DNA of 14,937 nt. Origin: Octopus sinensis (Eukaryota). Below are positions 8,514-14,937 of this stretch, piece by piece (the first letter of the stretch is position 1; the number at the start of each line of letters is the position of its first letter). Position numbers and translations under genes: made by a program. The notes below the pieces were generated by a model. It was given only the letters and a program-made list of their open reading frames with translations, was not told the origin of the DNA and searched no databases. The stretch lies in NCBI RefSeq assembly GCF_006345805.1, contig NW_021825646.1, positions 1 through 14,937 of the forward strand, given 5' to 3'.

Positions 8514-11016
8514 GTATAGCTCATCACTCTTATTTTTATATTTCACCTCTTTCCTCGGTTACCATTTTTGATTTAACATCGGTGCTTGATGAACTACATT
8601 GTAGGTGTACGTACACACTCATTTTATATGTATACACGAGGTGTGTATGAAAATTCTTGAGCCTCAACAAGCAAAATATTATATAAATCTTCTGATGAAG
8701 GTACAAGACTTCAAGGTTAAAAAGTTCTCACACATCCCTCCTGCATATATATATATACAGAGAGAGAGAGAGAGATATAGAGAGATTTAAAGAAATGTGC
8801 ACCGTCCCGCTTGTGTAAAACCTACCCATTATAGGTGAGATTTATCTATATGAAACAAACAAGGAACCACGTGGTTAAGAAACAGTTTTCTTAAGGACTC
8901 AATCATATCTGATACTTTATATAAAATTGCATCTTGGTATAAATTATATATTTTTATAAATTACCCATAGATATATAGTATTTGAAAAATATTTTAAGTT
9001 CAGTATAAAGTTACAGCTATTTCTTTATATACATACATTTGTGACTGTACACACACACACACACAAACATGTTGCATATGCTGTCTTTTATGTTTGCATC
9101 TGAGTATGTATCCATATTTAATGTGAAAAATATATACATATTCATGTGTACACACCTGTAATTTTCCGTACGTGTAAAATCATGTATAAACATCTTATCA
9201 CGCTTGAAAATATATATATATATATATATATCAATCTATATAATTTAGATTCAGATGAATATAGTACTTAAGTTGAGGTACCAGAATTAAGTATGGTATT
9301 TAAAAATTTTAAAATAAAGTGATTAAAATCAAAATAAGCAACAAGGATATCCAGAGGTAATGCAGTACGATCGTCTCATACGACTCCATTTAATACCGTA
9401 GTTAATTCTGGTTATCTATATATATATATATATATATATATAAGCATATAAATGTACAAATATATACGCCTACATGTATACACCTATGTTCAAGCATATC
9501 TAGACAGATAACAGGTATGATACATAAACTTACACATCTGTCGGCATTATATACTTACATCTTACTTAACCGTGTAGAGGACTTAATGCAACATTGAACC
9601 ATCATTAACCTTGTATGCACAACTCTTCTGAATTCGTCATAAGTAAATTCCCTCAGTATCATCTTTAGTCATACAAGGTAATTCGCTTCAAGCCTGTTAT
9701 ACTTCTGTATTTAATCTCTTCACTTCAGTTCTCACTCTTCTATTATTTTAGATGTACCCTTTTGGTTAAATATTATTAGCTCCACATTAGTAGCGCTGTG
9801 GAGACACAAATGTCACTCCTCAATTGAAGAAAATGCATCGGATGCGGATTGATTTTTTTCCTTTTTTTTTTTTGTTGTATCTTTGTTTCTTAGCTTGTAA
9901 ACTTCATTCAGCTCCGACGATTTTTCCATCCATCTATCTGAAGGTTGAATATATAAATACTTGTCAAATTTTAGCGCTGATTTAACAAACTGTACCCATA
10001 TGCCAAGATGTGATTTTGCCTATTAATCAATTATTTTTAGTGTACTTTGACCCCCAAGATAGCTCTGATGTTTGATCAAAGGTGATTCGTTCATAACCCT
10101 CATGTACGTTTAATGTTAACCATCCATTTTTTCCATTCTATTTGAAAAGACGGTAGACTCCGGTATGAGGGAATGTCACTGCAATTACTAGCAATTCGTA
10201 CGACCCCTTCGAATATCTCTTAATTTAGTGTACTGATTCTCCATCGGGCCCCATATGATATTTGGGGTGAGACTCATATAAAATTTAGTTAAGATTTATC
10301 TGTAATAAATTATACTTCTACAATACATAAAATATTTTAATTATATTTTTATAAAATTCCTAAGAATGGCTAAGAGGCGCCATATGAATAAAATAGGAAT
10401 TCGCTTTAACATCGAATAGCTAAGGAAAAAATTATTGAAGAAGATTGGTTATCACGATAGTAGTGAATGAGACTAACAAGTCAAACATTTATATTTGTTT
10501 GGTGTATTCAATTTTACAGGTCATGGATGGCTAAAAACCATGCTGTATAACGTATACCTTCAGCGAAAAATACATCTCCCGAAACGGGGTAGCTTTGAAT
10601 TGAAAGTTGTCGCTTGCATGTTTGCCTGTACAGACACGTACATAGGGCCGTATGCAAGTAGGATGGGGTTTCAAACAATGCATCAATCCGTGACCCGGAC
10701 CAATGCTTTGGGATCAAGGGGGAGGGGGTGAATTTTTGATGTGAGAAAGCCCTTCCCCCTTCCCGCTCTCAGCTGGGTTCCGAAAACAATCCCATTTCAC
10801 GTCGTAAAATAGCTGTGAAAGTCCCTCCGTATGTGCAAACACACACACAAAAAGCCATGCATTTATATACATTTTATTTTTTAACAAACAAATTAATTTG
10901 TGACACGCGTTTCTTTGATTGCTATAATTTAAATTTTTTGCTTCCCCACCATCGAATATCGCTTAAGATAAACGCTCAAAATATATAAGAAAACCAATTA
11001 AACCACCTATACATAT

Positions 11017-11173
11017 CTCCCCGATAATTCTCGGCCTTGTGTTTATGTAGGAAATCATTGCCAATTCTTATCAATATTATTTTATAAGTCCATACTGTGA
11101 GTTCAAACTCCACTGGATCGCTAACAAAACAAAAGTAACCGGGCCGATTCCATCGATTACACCCTCTCCACCC
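11017..11173 (+). mobile_element. Degraded fragments of a second SINE type
   Basis: There is a box B-like GAGTTCAAACTCC at 11099-11111. The flanks (ctcccc..ggccttgtg..tagg..tcatt; gccgattccatcgattacaccctctcc) resemble octopus SINE segments as I recall them; this has not been checked against a library. Confidence 0.35.
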
Positions 11174-11354
11174 TTGATACTACCTTGAAATTCAACAATA
11201 GCAGTGATCAATCCTATTGTAAAATTAATTAGTACCCTTTAATTGCATACCAACATGTGCTAGTGTCACATGATTCTAATATTGCTTAGACTCATGTATA
11301 ATTAATATCAACGATACTTCACGTTTTAAAATAATTTCCGACAAAACCATTTGT

Positions 11355-11360
11355 TTTATT
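11355..11360 (-). promoter_or_regulatory. First canonical polyadenylation signal (AATAAA) downstream of the SoxB2 stop
   Basis: A manual scan found no plus-strand tttatt or tttaat between 12772 and 11361. This site would imply a 3' UTR of about 1.4 kb; variant signals upstream of it are not excluded. Confidence 0.35.
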
Positions 11361-11565
11361 TTCAAGTGAAAGGTGCATATAGCTAACAACATGTGTGTGT
11401 GTATATATATATACATATTGGGAATAAAATAATCTGTATACATCTCAAAGTTTCTAAAGCAAGCTTTGTTGACTTTCAACGTAAGTTGAATTTTATATAT
11501 ATACATTCCGTTTTTGGATTTGGTTTGCAAGATTCTTTATGTGAGTTCGTTTGTTGAAGCATATT

Positions 11566-11740
11566 CTGTTGTGTCCGGAGGGAGTCCTTTTCTTTTTGTG
11601 CCTTATTATGTAACACACTCACCGGTAAAATTTCCACTTATTTCTTATAAAAATAAATATAAGAAATAAGTGGAAATTTAACCGGTGAGTGTGTTAAATT
11701 GTAAGACACAAAAAGAAAATGACTCTCCCCAAACACAACA
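11566..11740. mobile_element. 175-bp fold-back / MITE-like palindrome
   Basis: Two 84-bp arms (11566-11649 and 11657-11740) flank a 7-nt loop aaataaa. The inner 39 bp have one mismatch, with about 10 mismatches overall. The ends are CTG...CAG followed by TA on the right. Confidence 0.85.
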
Positions 11741-11956
11741 GTATATATATATATATATATGTATGTATAGTGGGAGTGTGTGTTCTTTTTCGTTGCAACA
11801 TCTCCCCATGCTGGAATAAAAATGTTAATAAAGTTGACCACAGAAGCTTTACAAACAAATTTTAAGTTCTATTATTCATATTTAACCAACCGTACCACCG
11901 TTTTGACAATCCCTACCAGCTAGAGGATGTTTTTGTTTTTGTAATTCAAATTTCAG

Positions 11957-12024
11957 TCGACTCGGTTCAAAAGTTCAAACCCAGAGAGTGGTTGACTTTC
12001 ATCTCACTTAGGTGACGATAAAAT
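11957..12024 (+). mobile_element. Possible degraded SINE head
   Basis: Box B-like gttcaaaccc at 11973-11982, followed by gttgactttcatc...cgataaaat, which resembles a recalled octopus SINE segment. Confidence 0.3.
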
Positions 12025-12432
12025 ATAATTTTGCTCCGGTCGACCTACGCCTGTTTAAACAAATTGATTCGGTGCCTATGGAAGAAATCAATACATCACT
12101 TTATATCTTGTAGCTTCTTAAAAAACAACAATAATATATTAAGGAAAAATGAAAAATATATAAAGACAATATATATTAAACAACAGCAATTATGAAATGA
12201 ATAAACAAAAGCTAATTTTTTTCTTTTTCAAATATTTTTTTCTTCTTTCATTCAATTTTATGAAGAAAAGAAAAAAGGGACATTTTTGTTAACTCAGCGG
12301 GAAACTGAGCAGAAGTTGATTGATTTGAGCTGGGATAGGGAAGAGAAATAAATAAAATAAAAAATAAAGAAATGGTGTTTTGCATTTAGAGTTGCTTGTT
12401 AATTTACAAAGCAACAAATATTCTTCATTTTC

Positions 12433-12472
<40 letters not shown>

Positions 12473-12772
12473 TATATATATACATATATATATATAATTT
12501 TTTTTTCAATGTTACTGTTTGTTTTGCGTTCACTTTCTCAAGCTGAAAGAGAAACCTTTAAATCAAGTTCTGTTGTTTGACATAAATGTCTCATTATCTT
12601 TCAATAATAATAATTAATTAATTAATAAGTATTAATAATCATTTCTTACATATGCATTGATAATATTAATGATAATAAAAATAATGAAAACAAAATTATA
12701 CATAGATTTTTTTTCTTTTTATATATAGAGAAATTACTTTATAATAATAATAATCCATCCATTAAAATATTT

Positions 12773-13474
12773 CTATATTACTGTGTGGCGATAGTGGTCT
12801 TCCGGCTTGACCAATACATACGCCACTGGTCTATGTAAGTCCTGAGATGGCATGTAAGGTGGTGGGCAGCATGGTAACAAATATTGTCCGGTGAGACCAG
12901 AATGCGTATGTGCAGCCGGGGGAAGACTACCGAGGGAGGAGTGTGATGTCATGTAAGGGGAATAGAGACCACTTGCTCCATTGAGTTCGTGAGGTCTAAT
13001 GTTCAAAGGGCTGTCCATTTTTGCATTTTCTGCCAGATGGGAATAAAGTGCATGTGTCGTGGACGTGGGTGGTAGGAAAGCGCGCGCCTTTTCCCCGAAA
13101 TTCGATGCAAGTAACGAGTCCTGTGAACCAGGTGAAAATGACGGCACTGCCCCAAATGTATTCATTCCTGGCAAGACAGGAATTGGGAAAGCATATTTGT
13201 TATCTTTTTTAAGTAAAGATTTAGGTTTCCTACGTGGTCGGTATTTGTAATCTGGATGTTCCTTCATGTGTAAGGCCCTTAAGCGTTTTGCTTCGTCGAT
13301 AAAAGGGCGTTTCTCTTCTTCGGATAGTAACTTCCATTCAGCACCGAGTCTTTTGCTAATTTCAGAATTATGCATTTTCGGATTTTCTTGAGCCATTTTT
13401 CGACGTTGGCCCCTGGACCAAACCATGAAGGCATTCATGGGCCGCTTAACATGTTCAGCCTGCGGCTTAGACAT
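12773..13474 (-). CDS. SoxB2: SoxB2 (Sox14/Sox21-like) HMG-box transcription factor, single coding exon, 233 aa
   Basis: It begins [47 protein letters not shown]...[13 protein letters not shown], a group-B Sox HMG box (about 13226-13453) at the extreme N-terminus as in Sox14/21. The B-homology stretch [15 protein letters not shown] follows, then the SoxB2-type motifs [15 protein letters not shown] and PVAYVLV. The ORF-track start at 13585 is a GTG; the first ATG is 13474-13472 (context tttaacATGt, -3 A). The stop is TAG at 12775-12773. Confidence 0.95.
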   Translation of the reverse strand: MSKPQAEHVKRPMNAFMVWSRGQRRKMAQENPKMHNSEISKRLGAEWKLLSEEEKRPFIDEAKRLRALHMKEHPDYKYRPRRKPKSLLKKDNKYAFPIPVLPGMNTFGAVPSFSPGSQDSLLASNFGEKARAFLPPTSTTHALYSHLAENAKMDSPLNIRPHELNGASGLYSPYMTSHSSLGSLPPAAHTHSGLTGQYLLPCCPPPYMPSQDLHRPVAYVLVKPEDHYRHTVI

Positions 13475-13840
13475 GTTAAAGTGATCGGGTGTTGACAACT
13501 CCGTGGTGATGGTTGAATGATGTAAATCTGGAGAAGTCAACCTTTCTACCTCCAGGTAGTGCGGATCGTGTCGTAAGTTAGCCACGGTGAAAGTTTGGGG
13601 GTAGACGCTCTCACAAGGAAATGGATTAAATAAATAAATATTTAAATAGTTAGAAAGTCACGCAATCAAAATCTCACTCAGTAAAACTGAGAGAGAAAGA
13701 GAAAGACAAGAAAAGTGACAGACAGAAAGAGATAGAAATAGATAGGCTAATCAATGAGTCAAAAATGACTATACATACCAAAGCGGTGTGATTGTTATAT
13801 CTATATGCTCAATAGCAATGGGCATATACAATCCTCTCGG

Positions 13841-13848
13841 TATTTATA
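13841..13848 (-). promoter_or_regulatory. Candidate TATA box (TATAAATA) of SoxB2
   Basis: The minus strand reads ATTATAAATACCGAGAGG about 370 bp upstream of the ATG, which would put a TSS near 13810-13815. TATA-like words are common by chance in this AT-rich DNA. Confidence 0.3.
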
Positions 13849-14937
13849 ATCACGATGTGTATGTATATAAATATATTTGTAAAGGCGTGTGTACTCAGAA
13901 AGAAACACACGGACACTGAAATATATGTTGAAGGAAAAAATATAGAAAGAATGAAAATATTCAGGAGGAGTGGACTGAATGGAGAGGTAGCAGCAATAGC
14001 AGCAGCTATGTGACTAGGTGCTGAGTAATTCTTATTATTATAACTATATCATTATATAGAAAACATTGGGTTTATCCGTAATTGATAGCAACAACTAGTG
14101 CGTGGCTTCCGATTCGTCCTCTTGGTAATATATATTATTTATATATTATAGATACGAATTTATAATTTTTTTTTATGGGGACCTAAGGTCTTTTTACAGC
14201 TTTGTTTGTATTCAGGCTCGATGTTTTATTGTAGAAAGTTTAAGTTGCTATATATAAATATATGTCTGTTTATCCAACACTATTTTTGAAAGTGTATAAA
14301 TGAATGGTCTAAATAATGAAATGTATATATTTACTGTAACTGTGTGCTTTGATTGAGAAGCCAATATATATATATATATAAATTTTATATGTATAAAATA
14401 TATATATGTATAGTATTTGCTGTCACCAATAAGTGGGAAGTAAGTAAATATATTTCTTTGTTTTATAATTTTTTCGTGTAGCCTGTTTGATGGTTGTTTA
14501 CAATAAAGTTAAACTGCTTAAAAATTCACAATTACCTCCGTTAATATTTATATATGTAAAATTATATATCCTTGACTCAAAAGACATCAGGTGTAAAATA
14601 ACCGTTTGAAATTAAGCAATTTCTTACTTGCGTGCTTAGAGTCATACGCCGTCGGAAGACAGGTAATAGAAAAGGTTGGTAGTTCGAATCTCAGTGATCC
14701 ACTTGAAAGGAAAACTGACGTTTTTTGTTAGCTTTTTTTTTTTTTAGATTTAGAATTTTAAAGAATCCAGTTCGGTGAATTTTTCTTCACTTTGGTAAGA
14801 TCCATCTTTAGAGTCCAATAGACGTATTATTTAACTTTGTATTTTCGTTTTTTGTTGGTGCGTCATTTCTTGGTTGGCATGAAGGTACAGTCAATATATA
14901 AACATATATTTATATCTGTGAATGCACAGAATCACAG

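Noticed and set aside
8690-8725. CTGATGA at about 8692 as another hammerhead
   Set aside because: No GAAA follows a plausible stem II (it reads cttcaag), and stem I is poor.
9783-9807. Hairpin ctccaca/tgtggag as a Helitron 3' end or terminator
   Set aside because: There is no CTAG terminus nearby, and a 7-bp stem is expected by chance.
10495-10731. ORFs 10495..10731 (+) and 10514..10717 (-), and 6329..6574 (-)
   Set aside because: They are short, have no recognisable domains, and I saw no supporting splice structure.
13021-13250. Two plus-strand ORFs (63 aa each)
   Set aside because: They are antisense shadows of the SoxB2 CDS with no recognisable protein features.
13475-13585. ORF-track start of the Sox ORF at 13585 (270 aa) as the annotated start
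   Set aside because: The codon is GTG, and the conserved SoxB2 N-terminus MSKP starts at ATG 13474. It is kept only as a hypothetical non-AUG extension.
14625-14705. tRNA-like box B GTTCGAATC at 14682-14690
   Set aside because: The T-stem pairs for only 2 bp, and no acceptor stem, D-arm or anticodon arm can be folded. At most it is an ancient SINE head.
1-14937. CRISPR array, rRNA, tRNA genes or a prokaryotic defence system
   Set aside because: The DNA is animal genomic sequence. There are no regularly spaced direct repeats with unique spacers, no rRNA-like sequence and no complete cloverleaf.

Overview
This is very AT-rich eukaryotic genomic DNA saturated with (TA)n/(CA)n/(TACA)n microsatellites. 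The SINE types and microsatellite load suggest an octopus/coleoid cephalopod (inference from recalled repeat sequences, not a search). The only real protein-coding gene is an intronless minus-strand SoxB2 (Sox14/Sox21-like) HMG-box factor, most likely ATG 13474 to TAG 12773 (233 aa). The other listed ORFs are microsatellite artefacts, repeat-derived or antisense shadows. The ~12.7 kb downstream of the gene holds tRNA-derived SINEs, short retroelement 3' tails and a 175-bp fold-back element. The most notable unexplained structure is a set of minimal type-I hammerhead ribozyme motifs of the kind known from Penelope-like elements: five clear or partial copies in two families (1381, 2497, 2970, 5835, 5874) and two more decayed candidates (5389, 8472). 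Two of them sit head-to-head on opposite strands at the centre of a ~240-bp palindrome (5755-5996).
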